From positions 17,280,171 through 17,344,170 of the forward strand of contig CM119263.1 in the NCBI GenBank assembly GCA_051294375.1: a stretch of DNA of 64,000 nt. Reading direction: 5' to 3'. Shown piece by piece: positions 50,301-63,800 of this stretch (its first letter is position 1; each line of letters begins with the position of its first letter). The DNA comes from Paraspadella gotoi. Taxonomy: Eukaryota > Animalia > Chaetognatha. Under the pieces are notes generated by a model. It saw only the letters and a program-made list of their open reading frames with translations, was not told the DNA's origin and did no database searches. A program made the translations under genes and the position numbers.

Positions 50301-52467
50301 ACTAATTACTTTCAACAACGTTTTAAGTTTTAGTCGGAACTGCTTATCTGCTTACCCGACTATATAATTCACTTTGTCGGTCCGCCCCCTCAATCTTGTC
50401 GGGCATTCACTTATATCATGTCCGAACATCGTATTATGATAAATTATACAAAAAAATTATGTCTGTCCATCCTCTGTCGGTCTGTCTGTCCGTCCCACCT
50501 TAGCGAAAACTCCAATTACTCGTGATTGGATGGATGGATTGGAATGAGATTTTGTGTGTGGTAGGGAAGTGTGTGATTGAGCTGGATATGAAATTTCGAT
50601 GGAATCGTGCTAGTGGAAATGAGTTTAAATGAAAAAACATAAAAATCTATTTCATTATCTGAACGCTAATTACACTGAGTGGATTGGTTGATTGACATGA
50701 AATTTTGATGTGGGTAGGAAAGTGTGTGATTAAGCTGGAAATCAACTTTTGATGGAATCGTCTGAGTGGAAATGATTTGAATGTAAAAAAACAAAAAACC
50801 TGTTTCACTAATTGATTATGCTTCTTTTTTATTAAATGTAAATGCAAGATTATTAATTAATCAAATAATTAAAGTTAATTAATCAATAATTAATTATAAG
50901 TTAATAATTAATCAATTAATTATTCAATCAATTTATTTATCTATTAATTAATTAATCATCAATCAATTAATTTATCAATTAATTAATTATTAATCATTCA
51001 ATCAAGTAAGTCATTGTTATCGGCATTATGTCGTCGTCATCGTCGTCGTCATTGCTTTTGTCGCGGTCGAAAAGACCTAAAAACAAAACATTTTGGATCA
51101 AGTTAATTTATTAATTGCCTAATTAATTAATTAACTTGAATTAATTAATTAATAAATTAATTACCGCTGATGATCGTGGGCAGATCCGACATTGTTTGCC
51201 CAAACTTGTTTTTTATTTTTACTGCTATGACATAACTTTTTTGTCGTAAAATAAACTTTTTGGATGCAGCAATTTTGGAATCGGTTGGCGTAAACTAAAG
51301 ATACACATAACTCATACATATCAATACATAATTTAAAAAAAATTTTAATGAGTTTTACTATATCTAATAAATAAGAATATAACATTAAATATATTAATCC
51401 CTTTTTCATTTTTTAAATTTTTGAAAAACTCCTTTCGGCAATATTGAACTTTTCTTAATTTATTTCCTTTCTCTTTTTTTCGTACTCCCCATTTTGCTTC
51501 CCCCACTATTTTTTTAGATTTTTGCGTCCCTTTTCGCATCTTCCCAATTCTTCCTCATTTTCTCCTCTCTTTTCTTTTCGATTTTGATTTTTTTTTCATT
51601 TCATAATCCCTATTACTAGTATTACTAGTATTAGGCCATAATTTTTTTAACTTTTACTTTTTTTTTATTTTGCCGTTTTTGTTCTTGGTTTAATATCTTC
51701 TTTTTTTTTCATTTTCTAATTTTGTTTATCTCCTATTTTTCATCTTCCGGTTTCAATTCATTAATTTCCCTTCTTGCGTCTTCCCATTTTTAAAAATTTT
51801 TTTTAGCCTCTCTTAGTCTGATTCACCATTTTTCTTCGCTTGACCCCACTTTATGACCCCTCGTCTCCGCGGCATCCTTTGCCATGAATTCCTTTTTAAC
51901 TTTTTCTTTCGTCACTCGAGAGACTTATTTTCAGAGTCAGCCGAGGTCGCCCCGAGACCTACAGGCTTGGAGTATCATCATTCCGCTTATAATAATTAAT
52001 ATTATCCAAATTAAAATTAACGGATATTTAAAATGAAATATAATAAACGGTAGCATAATTTTTTTTTATAAAAGTCAATTAATAAATTTAATTTATTTTT
52101 GTTCAAATTATCAATAATAAACTTAAATATAAAAAAAAAGTTTCAATAATTTCTTGCAGCATCCAAGATAAAAAAAATATTAGATCACTGAATGATCTAC
52201 TGATATATATTATGGATATACGTTATTCTCTACGCATAAATTGAAAACTCACCTTGAAAACTTATCCGTTTTCCTTATGGGTTTACGGTGAGAATACATC
52301 TTGATTACCGCTGCTGAACCAACTCGAGCTCCGGATAAAGCGTAACTCGTCCGACCCCCAGATTCTTTCATGACGTTTCCCTTCAAAATCCTCGAACCAT
52401 CTGCCGCTTTCGATTCCTCGATGGACTCGCCCGGATCCTTCGCCATCGCCTCACCGTTCTCAACCAA
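47312..52467 (-). CDS. Large uncharacterised protein: terminal exon 50246-47312 (~977 codons; K/E-rich low-complexity middle, ~190-aa globular C-terminal domain) spliced to an upstream exon ending at 52253; 5' end unresolved
   Basis: The 937-aa ORF stays open upstream to a tag|C acceptor at 50246 (phase 2), which matches the AG|GTGAG donor at 52253 (phase 2). Further exon-like K/R-rich sequence at 52500-53330 is broken near the N gap. Confidence 0.75.
50331..51209 (+). mobile_element. HINE/DINE-1-like (Helentron-derived) non-autonomous element, family 1 copy 1
   Basis: 5' ttttagtcggaactgc subterminal IR, (CTGT/CCGT)n microsatellite, internal ~130-bp tandem units, (TTAA)-rich tract, 3' gggcagatccgacattgtttgccc stem-loop followed by aaacttgt in a T run. 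A second copy is at 55995. Confidence 0.75.
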
Positions 52468-52657
52468 TTTGAGCGCCCAGTCAGAACTGGTTTTATTCGG
52501 TGGCCGTGAAAGTCTTTACCAGTCGGCGCCCAACTCTTTTTCGGTCGTTGCACGTTGACGAGCGATTTATCGTTCGCTTTTTCCGCGATTTATCCGCGTC
52601 GGGGTGGTTCTTTGACCTGTGCGATGATGGGGAGTTTTTGGAAGGATTATATCATCG

Positions 52658-52779
52658 NNNNNNNNNNNNNNNNNNNNNNNNNNNNNNNNNNNNNNNNNNN
52701 NNNNNNNNNNNNNNNNNNNNNNNNNNNNNNNNNNNNNNNNNNNNNNNNNNNNNNNNNNNNNNNNNNNNNNNNNNNNNNN
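52658..52779. other. Assembly gap (N run) with duplicated flanks
   Basis: 52540-52657 is repeated with indels at 52780-52882. Confidence 0.95.
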
Positions 52780-54880
52780 TCGGTCGTTGACGTTGACGAG
52801 TTTATCGTTCGCTTTTTCCGCGATTTATCCGCGTCGGGGTTTTTGACCGCGCGAATGGGAGTTTTGAAGGATTATATCATCGTGCGATTAAGCGACAACT
52901 TTTTCTCTCTTTTCCGTCTTTTTCTCTGATTTTCTATTCTTCAATACTTTCCGTCAATGATGTTTTTCCCGCTCCGATTCTAAAGTCTTTTCTGGCAACC
53001 AATGCGTCGCTTCTCCGCAGTTTAATTTTGCTTTCTTTTCTTCGTTCGAACGCAACATTTGCCGACTTCCTCCTGCTTTTTCGAGACCCGAAACTTTTCC
53101 CTTCCCCTCAACGCCATAATGTTTCGATATCGCCTTTTTCGGGATGACGGAACCGTCATTAGTTTTGCTGAGTTCATTGCCCTGTTTATTGTTTTAACTA
53201 AGTACTGAAACAAAATAATCGAATAACCTTGACGAGGCTGTTTCTTTTTCCGCAAGTATTTTCGAGGCTTTCCTTGAGGCAATTGTTTCAAAGCGTTTGT
53301 CGGATTATTTTTTTTGTCGCCGGAAGCCTGAAGCAAACTACTTTAACATAGTATGTAATTGAATGAAATAAGGATAAGAATTCTTTTATATTCATGCATG
53401 ATGTATCCAGTTATGAAAGTTGCAAAATTACTTATTTCAGCTATCTTTATTTTTGATTTTTTCGATTTAAATAACTAATATTTATGTTTTATTTATTTGT
53501 TAAAATATTTGGTTTATGATAGTTTTATATTTGAAAAGAAATGTTCAGTACATATTTTCTGGCAACTGCTTAGTTGTTTTTGAATTTAGTTCCGAAGACA
53601 AGAGTAATTTTTCGCTGAAATGAATAGTGAATACTTGTTGATTTTCCGTCTTGTTTTATTGTCGAAGCGCTCTCCTATCATATCAAGGTTCCTTTGATGT
53701 GGTAAAAACGCGTTTTCATTTTCCCCTTCCTTTTCATTTTAGCGCGTCGCTTTGTTTTCAGATTTATGAATGACGTCTACATTTGTTTTTTTTTCGTTTT
53801 TTACTGTATTTAATTAAATTAACCTTTCGAATCTCAAAAAAATTTTATTGAAATTTTAAGGCGATTAAATCAGATTGATAAACAAATCTCGTAGAGTGCA
53901 ACTGTATTTTAATATTAACTAATTAAGAAGATTAAAGCCATCGACTTTAAAAATCAGCACGAATCTAAACGGAAAATGATTTTTTTTTCCGGAAGACATT
54001 GGAAATTAATCAGTTTTATCCGCTTCCACAAGAACGATAGGTCCTATCCAGGTTTCCGTGTACCAACATACTTTTTGGGCGTCTAGGTTAGAAGGTCAAT
54101 TATTTTGTCTGATCATCCGAATGTGGCCCTTATTTCGTTTCGTCTTTTTCAATTTTAAGTTGTGAAGTTATTATTAGTAGGAAGGTAAAAGTTTCAATTT
54201 GATAATGCTTGTTTTCCTTTCTTTTCAATATACTTTACGTTTGCTCTGATAAAGGCTTGTACATTAAATTTGAAACATGTCCGAAATTTATGTTTCATAA
54301 TAAAAGTCGTATTAAACAAACAATTTATTTTCTACCTCAAATTTAATAATGCTATTTTTTTTACAATTATATAAATGCTTCAGCAATTTGTAGATACATC
54401 CATAGATTGAGCTTTCTTAGAAGGACAGTGACCAATTATTGGACGTCTTTTCCATCCATTGAAGGTGTGAAATCAGGTAATTGGAAGCTTATTGTTTTGA
54501 TCAATATCAACTTGGCATGATTAGTAGTAGTAAAACTTTTATCACTCTTCCGATGGCACGAAGAAAAGATTTGATCAAGTCAGACAGAAAAGAAAAAATC
54601 TTTAATTGGGATCATTTGTATCTTTGAAATAGGGGGAAAAATATTTTTTTTTTAGAATAGTTCAAAACTTCGATTAAAAGCGAATAAACGAAACGTCACC
54701 TGTAAAAGCAAATTATATGAAATATACATACAATTACATGCATCTTTGTTATACGTTATTTCTACCTTCTTTTCCTTAGATCAATTTTTTTTATCTGAGG
54801 AAGGAGGATTTGAAAGGCTCTTTCAGAGTTTGCGTTTCTTTTATAATTTCTAAAAGGCAAAATGTAAATTGATAATAAAA

Positions 54881-55079
54881 AACAAGGTGTTGCGCCGCAT
54901 TACCTTTCTTTTTACTTATCATTAAAAACAAAAGGCGGCGCCAGTAGTCGCTTAGATTTGATTTTTAACAAATGAGCAACAAACTAAAGGCAGACCGACG
55001 GACAGACAAAGCGACGGACCGACCGACCGAAAAGTGACTTACAGAGTTGCTCCGCGAGTACTCGCGGCGCAACTAAAAA
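54881..55079 (-). mobile_element. HINE/DINE-1-like element, family 2 (~200 bp)
   Basis: Reverse complement of 63570-63800. Subterminal IR gttgcgccgc/gcggcgcaac, palindrome ccgcgagtactcgcgg, (GACC/GACG)n. A fragment lies at ~40163-40240. Confidence 0.75.
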
Positions 55080-55509
55080 TGTTCGCAAAAAACTCAATAT
55101 TGACGAGAGAGAGAGAGAGAGAGAGACAGGGACAGACAGACAGACAGAATATGTTCCGCCTGACTATGATCGCTAACGACGATTCTCATTTCCACTAAAA
55201 GTCGATGTTCACTCTCATCAAATTCAGCATTTGTCTTGCAAATTCATTGATTGTTTATTTAATCTAGTAACTTTAGTCTCAACTCAAGGAATATAAAACG
55301 AGGAGGAGAAAGGTAGCGTAAGATTCTTCTCGTTCCGGGACGCCGAATTATTGGCGAAACAATTTTTTTTTCCCCACGGGGGAGTATTGACGATTGGCGG
55401 TAAAGTGGTGAGGTTGATAGATGTGTACTACACATTGTGTCGTCGGCCATTGCATAAGTTCCCACCAGTATGGATAAAACGCTCAGTGGGCTGAAGATGC
55501 CGATCAGCA

Positions 55510-55702
55510 ACAGAATTAAACCCTATAGCAGCCATGGTTTTCCACACCCCCAAGGCGGTTTACGGCCGGTTGGTACTAGATTGGCGGGGTCAATGAGGAG
55601 TTAGGAAAATTTAAATGTGGGGCTTACAATCGGGCCTTTGTGGTACCGGGTTGGGATTGAACCCGGTACCTTGTGGTACTCAATGAGCCACCGGGTCAGG
55701 AC
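55510..55702 (-). mobile_element. Probable tRNA-derived SINE
   Basis: Minus strand reads GGTGGCTCATTGAG (A-box-like) then CCGGGTTCAATCCC (B box); no complete cloverleaf. Only one copy in the window, and the 3' boundary is approximate. Confidence 0.45.
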
Positions 55703-55816
55703 TGAAGGTGTCATGCTTTTTGGCGGGATGAACTTATGCAATGCCCGACTACATTTGTAATGTTATTTGTGAGGGTGGGGACTGAGGAGCGTGGGCTGGC
55801 ACCGTGAAAACAATTG

Positions 55817-55902
55817 TTGTTTCCGTATATAAATGCGTTGTATGCGTTCTTGTTTCCGTATATAAATGCGTTCTTTGCGTTCTTGTTTCTGTATATAAAT
55901 GC
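55817..55902. repeat. 33-bp tandem repeat, ~2.6 copies
   Basis: ttgtttccgtatataaatgcgtt(gta/ctt)tgcgttc units. Confidence 0.85.
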
Positions 55903-55994
55903 GCCCCGCGGTACACACCTGCCGACTCCAAATGTTATCCACATTCAACCGACATTCACACAATTTTTCTCTTTATTCTATGACTGTTAAGGGG

Positions 55995-56823
55995 TTTTTA
56001 GTCGGATCTGCTTTCAGCAGATCCACCCCTCTTAATATTTCAACTTTGTCGGTCCGTCGTCCGCCCCCTCAATCTTGTCGGGCATTTACTTTATATCATG
56101 TCAGAACATCGCAGATTATGAAATAAATTATGCAAAAAAAAAACGATGACCGTCCTCCGTCTGTCCGTCCGTCCCACCTTAGCAAAAAACACCAATTACT
56201 CGTGGATTGGAGGATGGATTAAAAATGAAATTTTGTGTGTGGGTGGGAAGTGTGTGAATTGAGCTGGATATGAAGTTTTGATGGAATCGTCCGGGTGGAA
56301 ATAAGTTTAAATGGAAAAAACAAAATATATATTTTACTATTTGAACACCAATTACTCATGAATGGATGGGGCGATTGACTTTAAATTTTGTATTTGGGTA
56401 GAAAAGTGTGTGATTAAACTGGAAATCAAGGTTCGATGGAATCGTTTTAGTGGAAATGAGTTTAAATGGAAAAAACAAAGAACCTGTTTTACTAATTGAT
56501 TATGCTTCTTTTTCTTTTTTTTTTTAAATGTAAATGCAAGGTGTATTAATTAATCAAATAATTAATCAGATAATCAATCAATTAGTCAATTAATTAATAA
56601 ATAATTAATTAATCAGTCAATTAATCAATCAAAACAAACATTTTGGATCAAATTAAATAATATAATTGCCTAATTAAATAACTAATTAACTTGAATAAAT
56701 TAATTATTAATTAATTAAATAATTAATTAATTAACTTGAATTAATTATTAATTAATTATTAATTAATTAATTAATTACCGATAATGATCGTGGGCAGATC
56801 CGACATTGTTTGCTCAAACTTGT
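55995..56823 (+). mobile_element. HINE/DINE-1-like element, family 1 copy 2
   Basis: 5' tttttagtcggatctgc-tttca-gcagatcc hairpin, 3' gcagatccgac inverted repeat and aaacttgt end; colinear with 50331-51209. Confidence 0.78.
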
Positions 56824-59800
56824 TTTTTCTCTGGGTGGCGTCGATGACAAAATTATTATATAAAATTCAGAAATATAAAACATTATTTATTCAAAAAAAA
56901 GATGAATAAATCAGAATTGCTGACTTCATGATTTATGCAATTGGAAGGTCTCACTTACTGTTCTGCGGGGATGGGTCTTTTGCGATTCAATATTCTGTCT
57001 TTCGTTTTTTCACTCCGTTCAAAGCTGAATGAAAAATCACAGACCGTGACCCGGCGAAAATGATGTTTCCAATCTTTCCATTCACAAGTTTCCGCTTACC
57101 TTGTTTTGTGGTGATTACAGTAGATGTCGCCGTGAATAAAACTTCCGAGGCAAAAACAAGTGAACAGTAGAGCGAATTCTGCGAGGGCGAAGGAGAAAGG
57201 CAAATGGGGGAAGAAAGGCTGAGATTAACTTAATGCGAATAATAATCATTTATTCCGATTAACAGGGAGGACGTCTCGGGAATTAGACCCTAGAGTCGCA
57301 TCCCTGACTTTTTATATCGAAGCGAGCAAGGCGAAGTTCGGCTTCGTGTCTTACGTTCATATATCGGCATCGTTCTGCGCTCGTTTAATCGAGGAAAGTT
57401 TAGGTAAACCCCTTACGACGTGAGGGATCGGACAAGGGTCAGGTAGAGGCGGGTCAGTGGGTCGAAACGCGAGCCGAATACAAGCGCCACTCATTCATCC
57501 AGGGAGGCGGGATGAATACCGAACGCGTCGTTTGGATCATAGAGAGGGCATTAATCAATTTCTGTTTCGACAGTAACGAGAAGCTGATTTCTCTGACGCC
57601 CGTCTCGTTTAAAAACCGGTAAATATTTTTTTTTTCAAAATTCGCGCGACCGGCATTTTGATTCCTTTCTCCGTGAGACCTCTTTCGGTGTACGTCGATT
57701 GAGAGAGATTCTCAAGTAAAGATTAGTTGATCGTATGATCTGTTTCGTATTCTATGAACAAAAATATTTCAAGAGGAACAAAAACTGACAACATCTGAAT
57801 TGCATTTACCAGCAAGCATTCCGAATGTAACCTTATCAAGAGTATTTTCGGATAACTCAAATTGTTCTTTTCGTCGGAGTAATTAGTTTGTTTTGTTCTG
57901 TCCCTCAGCTCGTGAATAAGTAAAAACTTTACGCTTATTACCTTTGAGTTGTGTAGTCGTTGGGGAATGAAAGCTAATCTTAACTCTGTGGCGAATCCTA
58001 AATTTGCCTCCCGTATAGGTTGGTGAAACGCAAACGCTTGTACTCGATCAGCAACCTGGACTTCCCCTTAAGTGCGCCAGTGATAAGGGGCGCCAGCTGT
58101 CGCGAGACGCCTCACATCCCGCGCATCATCAACACCCGTAGCCATAACTTGCCTTAACTTAATTCTTACCAGTCACCGCATTTTTTCTGGGCGTTCACTG
58201 CTACCACCCTCTCTTCCTCCCGCAGTACTCTTCATCCGGCCTCCACCCTTTTCGATTCCGACTAAATTTTTTTTCTCTTGAGCAAAATGAATGTCGGGCT
58301 GTTGGAGCTTCCTTTCTCGGCGCCGACTGACAGATGGTCAGGGATGAGGGAATGTCTCAGACTCATCTAAGGCACATCAATTTTTTAACTTTGTCATTTA
58401 AGCCTCTCTTCGTTATATAATATGAAATTCTTCTACAGGATAAGAATCAAATAGCGGTTTATTTATGGCAGTGTCCTTAAAAAGGGTGTAAAAATTATTC
58501 TCCGATATTCAATAAAGTTTTGTATAAAATTTGCAAAGGAATAAGCTCCTGAAGACGTCAAAATTTATAAAATGTGTGTTTCTTCGATATTATGGTGGAC
58601 TAAAATCCACCAACCGTTCATCAGCAGCCATTGGTGCAGGAGGCAAGTCATTCGCCTAGTCCGGTGGTCGCCTAGCAGTTAAGAGGGACGGGGGGCTTAT
58701 CCCGCCTGTAACAAGGTGTTACAGCCTGATCCGAAGCTCAGGGACTGCTTTTATTGAACGGTTCTGTCACTAACTCATAACAATTATTATTGTCTCTTCG
58801 ATATCATCTTTCACCTTACAAACACAACGAAAGACAATCTACGCTTTGTTCATGATTCTGAGTGGATTAAATTCTGCTCTCATAGGGAATATCGACACGA
58901 AAGACAATAAAGGGACTCATGGAAAGCGGGCCCTCGTCCCCAGACGCTCTGAAGAGTCAATCTCGTTACGCTTTTGTCAATCGTTCAGTGAAAGAAGAGA
59001 TTTAGTCATTCCTGACATAGCGCCGCATAGGAGACGGTCACCTTAGCCGCTCGTCTTAACGTAACATCTTTTATCGTCAGTTAACTGATTTTATTATGAT
59101 TTTAATGCTAATTTAGTAAGAAATATTAATATAACCCTAACGCTATAAAAAAATCAATCAAAATGTATTATCCTCAATCCTCAAGACTTCAAAATGGGTT
59201 GCTATTGAATTTGTTTTTTGCGGTTGACAGATATTTTTTTTCTTTTGATTACTTGCTTCCCTCCTTTCAATTCCTGGCTTTGTTCCTGATTTTCTAAACG
59301 CTTTCTATGGGGATAATTAAGCTGATAAGAAAAGGAGAGGGGAACGGGAAGAAATTGCAAAAGAGAGAGAAAGGACGAATAAAGAAAGATCGAACGAGAG
59401 AGAATCACCTGCTTTTTATATATGCAGGATAATCAAATTCTCTTAGTCTTACTCCTCTATGTAGTATATGGTATTTTCCACATTTTTTTGCCTATTCATA
59501 TGTGATTGATATCTTTAGTTGTAAATTTTTTCTTTGAGATGTTTTAAGAAATGCAATGAAAAATGTTCTTCATTCTCTTCTATTAAAATCATTTAATTTT
59601 GTGACGATAGTTGACCATTGACCAGATTCGTATCGACAACCGTATTTTTTTTTTCATTATTTTATCAAATTTCTCGCAACCGAAGAAGATTACAATTCAA
59701 ATTAACTTAACTTAAAAAAATCATTGGAAAGTTTTTTTCCATCTGCAATATTCTAAGTAAACATTTTTTTTTACTAAAGCCATGTCTGGCGACAAATTAT

Positions 59801-60749
59801 TCCGTTTACATCCTTTTGTGATCGTTCCTTACATCACAAAGGATTGATGTGTCACCCTGACCTCTCCTAAAACGTCTAAAAACTTGACCGGTGCCAGTCC
59901 GACACAAGGTGTGACGTCGGGCGAGTCCTGGCCATGCCGACCATGCCGACCGTTGGCGAAAATGATTTCCCCTGTGGCTTCATTGATGCTTTTTATCTTC
60001 TAAGCCGCCTTAACCAATCGCCCTATTTTCGAGCTCGAACTAAAAATAGCAACAGCGATTCAGAGAAACGACTTTTAATATTAAAAACAAGTGACAAAGT
60101 CAAGCCGATTTTTTCGCTTCGAGTTTGACGACAGAAACAAGACGAACTTCCGTAACTATTGGCGCATCGAGAATAAAAAGATACCCAGTAAAAGAAAATG
60201 GGTAATGGTGACACTTTTACAACATGATTGCTGCTGTCTTCGCTTCCCACAAGCTAATTTCTTTGTCATACCAACTACAGCGATAACAGACAGGTGTTTT
60301 TAAACTATACTACAAATGGATTCTCAGCTTCTCTCGTTTCTTTATCTTGGGGAGAAATTGGCCGATCGCCAAGGAGAACGTCATTGTTGTACTTGGCGTT
60401 TGCCATTCTCGATTGACACCGAGAGGCGTTCTTGGAACGCAAAATGTGTCTTTACGTTCTTATGAATTTCCGATCGGAAATTCCCCACTATGAAATCAAA
60501 GATGATAATCCACGCAAAGAATGTTCTCCTTTTTAAATAACTTAACGTCACATTGGTTTTCACCATCTCTTCTTTTAGGAAGTAAATCATTTGATTTCCT
60601 TCAGGCTCCTCCGCAACCTTTTTTACCTCAAGCATTCCACATTCCCCCGAAATGAAGTGAGCGGGTTCGGCTCGACACTATGGTTACAAGTTAGCTCCCA
60701 TACTTAAACTGCTTGCGCAGCGGGTCTTGGAGATTTTTACGTCCGTTGC

Positions 60750-60759
60750 NNNNNNNNNN
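60750..60759. other. Assembly gap (10 N) separating two ~300-bp near-duplicates
   Basis: 60437-60749 resembles 60760-61047, with substitutions and a ~26-bp indel. Confidence 0.9.
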
Positions 60760-61942
60760 ACGCAAAATGTGTCTTAACGTTCTTATGAATTTCCGATCGG
60801 AAATGTCCCACTATGAAATCCAAGATGATAATCCACGCAAAGAATGTTCTTCTTTTTCAATAACTTAAAGTCACATTGGTTTACACCATCTCTTCTTTTA
60901 GGAAGTAAACCGTTTGATTTCCTTCAGGCTCCTCCGCAACCTTTTTTACCTCAAGTGAGCGGGTTCGGCTCGACACTATGGTTACAAGTTAGCTCCCATA
61001 CTTAAATAGCTTGCGCAGCGGGTCGTGGAGATTTTTACATTCGTTGCCTGCCTCTTCAGAACTTAGGATCCAGCAGGCAAATTCAAAGCTTCTTTCATCC
61101 ACCCTTGACTCCTTTTTGAGTCGCGACTTCTTCGCGTCCTGCATCATCGATTCCGACCGATCCAGTTCGCTTCCCAATTCTGCCTCCGTCCTAAACGTCC
61201 CATTTTCGTCGCCGTCGTTTCGAAACGCCTCGACGATATATTTACTTTCCTTGACGACGACGACGACGACGACGACGAAGATTGCGACAACCGAGAAGAC
61301 GCATAAACAAGAAATAAACATAAAAAAAGCAATAAAATGACACCCAACCATAAAAAATGAGAAAAAAAAAGAAGAAAAAAGTCGTGAGTTAAAACGTGGA
61401 GCTTGAAAATGATCATTAACGACGGAAGAAGAAAACCGTGAGGAAATCCCCCCCCCCATGCCACACCACCGGTTTCGGTCGATGGTTCGGAAAGCAGTAA
61501 GTTTCAATTACCGACCGCCAGTAAAACAAACGCGAGGAATCAGCCGAGTCGGAAATGACGGTGACGTCGAAAAATTCAGAAAAAGACGGCGCCACGATTC
61601 GACTCGATCGGGAGCGTTAGTGGTAATAACGTTGACAGGGGGCGGCAGCGACGGTGGCAGTTGTTAGCGATAGCGGAGAAAGTGTCAAAATCAGCGAAAG
61701 CAGCAACGATAGGGACGAGTGCGACAGCGAAGATAGTAGCGAAATCGAAGAGAGCGGCGACATCGCCGACGATGGCGGCAACGACAATTATCTCGAGGCA
61801 AACAATCTCGTCGAAGAGTCGCGAGGTCGAGAGGACGAGGACAGAGGAAAAGGGTGGGGGTGGTTGGTTCGTCGATGACGAAGACGAGGACGAAAACGAG
61901 AAGGAAGAAGACCCGACGAAGTGGGGGGGAGGGGGGCGAGGA

Positions 61943-62432
61943 GACGGATGATATTGAAAGGGACCATGGTGAGGATAAATTTGAGAACGACAATGACAAA
62001 GACGAACACGACAAAGGCCTATCGCAAATAAAAATCAAAATACACACGAAAAAAAAAGAACACGGTTGAATGCCGTTATCTGCCACCGGCACGTAAATCT
62101 GTTAAAAAAATTCGCTTCAAGCACTGATTTTTATCAGAGTTTTCTCGGACGGAACGATGGCAAAATCTGGATGTCACTTTTATCGAGGGTTAGACGGATG
62201 ATATTGCCAGGGACAATGGTGAGGATAAAGATTGAGAACGACAATGAGAAATACCAGCACGACAATGGTTGATCATAAAGGCCTATCGCAAAGGAAAAAA
62301 AATAAACATGGTTGAATACCGTTATCTGCCACCAACACGTAAATCTGTTAAAAAAATTCGCTTCAAGCACTGATTTTTATCAGAGTTTTCTCGGACGGAA
62401 GGATCGCAAAATCTGGACGTCACTTTTATCGA
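61943..62432. repeat. ~250-bp tandem duplication
   Basis: gacggatgatattg...cacttttatcga at 61943-62186 and 62194-62432. Confidence 0.85.
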
Positions 62433-62758
62433 CGATTATCTCGTCGTGTGTGTTTAGAGCGAGATCATAAATTATCATCATGATCTCTCAGATATTGCTA
62501 GCTCATATAACCTCACGTTCCATTGGGCATTACAATTTCTGATCAAGCCTCAGCATAAAAAAATGGCCATAATTAGCATGACTGACTTTGTAAGCAGCCT
62601 GATAACCACCAAAAAGTAAAAATCAAAAAAGCTAATCTCAAAATCTAAAAATACCTAAACAACCTTCGGTGGCCGCAATATAGAGAAGATTAAATATATC
62701 ATATATATACATATCATGTATTTCATATTAAATATATGAAATATTATACCACTTCATA

Positions 62759-62923
62759 GATAGGGAAGCCAGGTACTCTGGGAGTGAATAAACGAGACAG
62801 AGAGTCATTATCTTGTAAGAGTGATGGAGGCCTTAAACCACCAAAGCCTGTCCAAAGTCGAGGGAAAGATAGCTTATTTATTAAATGAATGAATAATTTT
62901 TATATTGGTTGTAACATTTCATA
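62759..62923. repeat. Family A dispersed repeat, internally deleted copy
   Basis: Matches 4231-4432 with a ~35-40-bp deletion. Confidence 0.85.
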
Positions 62924-63569
62924 TATCATGAATATATTGAAGATTAAAAGTTTGAGAATCAAGTGAGATGCCGATTTTAACGAATTCAAAAAGAAATATA
63001 TCCGGAAGTCAACACTAACCTCCCTGCTAAAGTAGGTAATATTTGAAAATTGAAATGTTTTTCTTTAATAAACAAAAGTTTATTACTTTAAGAAAATTAT
63101 CACCTTTTCTGATTGAAAGATTTTGTGACCTCGCGTCCGGTCATTTTTAACTGGTCATTTTGTTGACCTTTTCACCGTTCTCGTCGCTTTCTCGTAGCCT
63201 TCTTTTAGCCGAAAAGATCGGCTGTATGGAACCGTAGTTTTTAGTGTAGAAAATGTTTTATACACTGATATTTTTTAAAAATGCCTTTAAAAGTATGGTA
63301 AAACAAGTATTTTGTAACTTTCATAGAAAAACAAAATTTCCCTTACAATGTTTGCTTTTTAAAACCATTGAAAGAAATTGAAACGAAGTAATATCTTCTG
63401 ACAGTGGAAATCCTTCGGAAAGAACCTCATTTGCATCTGACCCCACACGTTTGGAGGAAAGTCAAAAAATCTCATGTTTCTCCATCTCGTTCTATTTCTT
63501 AACCTTCCCCCCGCCCGCACCCTCTTTCTCGCTTCGCTTTTTTCATAAGATTTTCACGGATTCACGATT

Positions 63570-63800
63570 TTTAGTTGCGCCGCGAGTACTCGCGGAGCAA
63601 CTCCATAAGTCACTTTTCGGTCGGTCGGTCCGTCGGTATGTTTGTCCATCGGTCTCTTCCACTTACCTTAAAAACGCTTATAACTTGCCTATAGTTTGTT
63701 GCTCATTTGTTAAAAATCAAATCTAAGCGACTACTGGCGCCACCTTTTGTTTTTAAAAAAAAGATAGTAAAAAAAAAAGTAATGCGGCGCAACACCTTGG
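63570..63800 (+). mobile_element. HINE/DINE-1-like element, family 2
   Basis: ttttagttgcgccgcgagtactcgcggagcaact, (GGTC)n, 3' gcggcgcaacaccttg; inverted copy at 54881-55079. Confidence 0.75.

Noticed and set aside
52540-52882. Tandem duplication in the large gene
   Set aside because: The copies directly flank an N gap, typical of unmerged contig overlap.
56957-57200. Two small minus-strand exon-like segments with GTAAG donors
   Set aside because: They could be 5' exons of the large gene, but I cannot link them in frame, so they are not reported as features.
60437-61047. Tandem ~300-bp duplication
   Set aside because: The copies abut a 10-N gap; most likely uncollapsed haplotypes or overlap.
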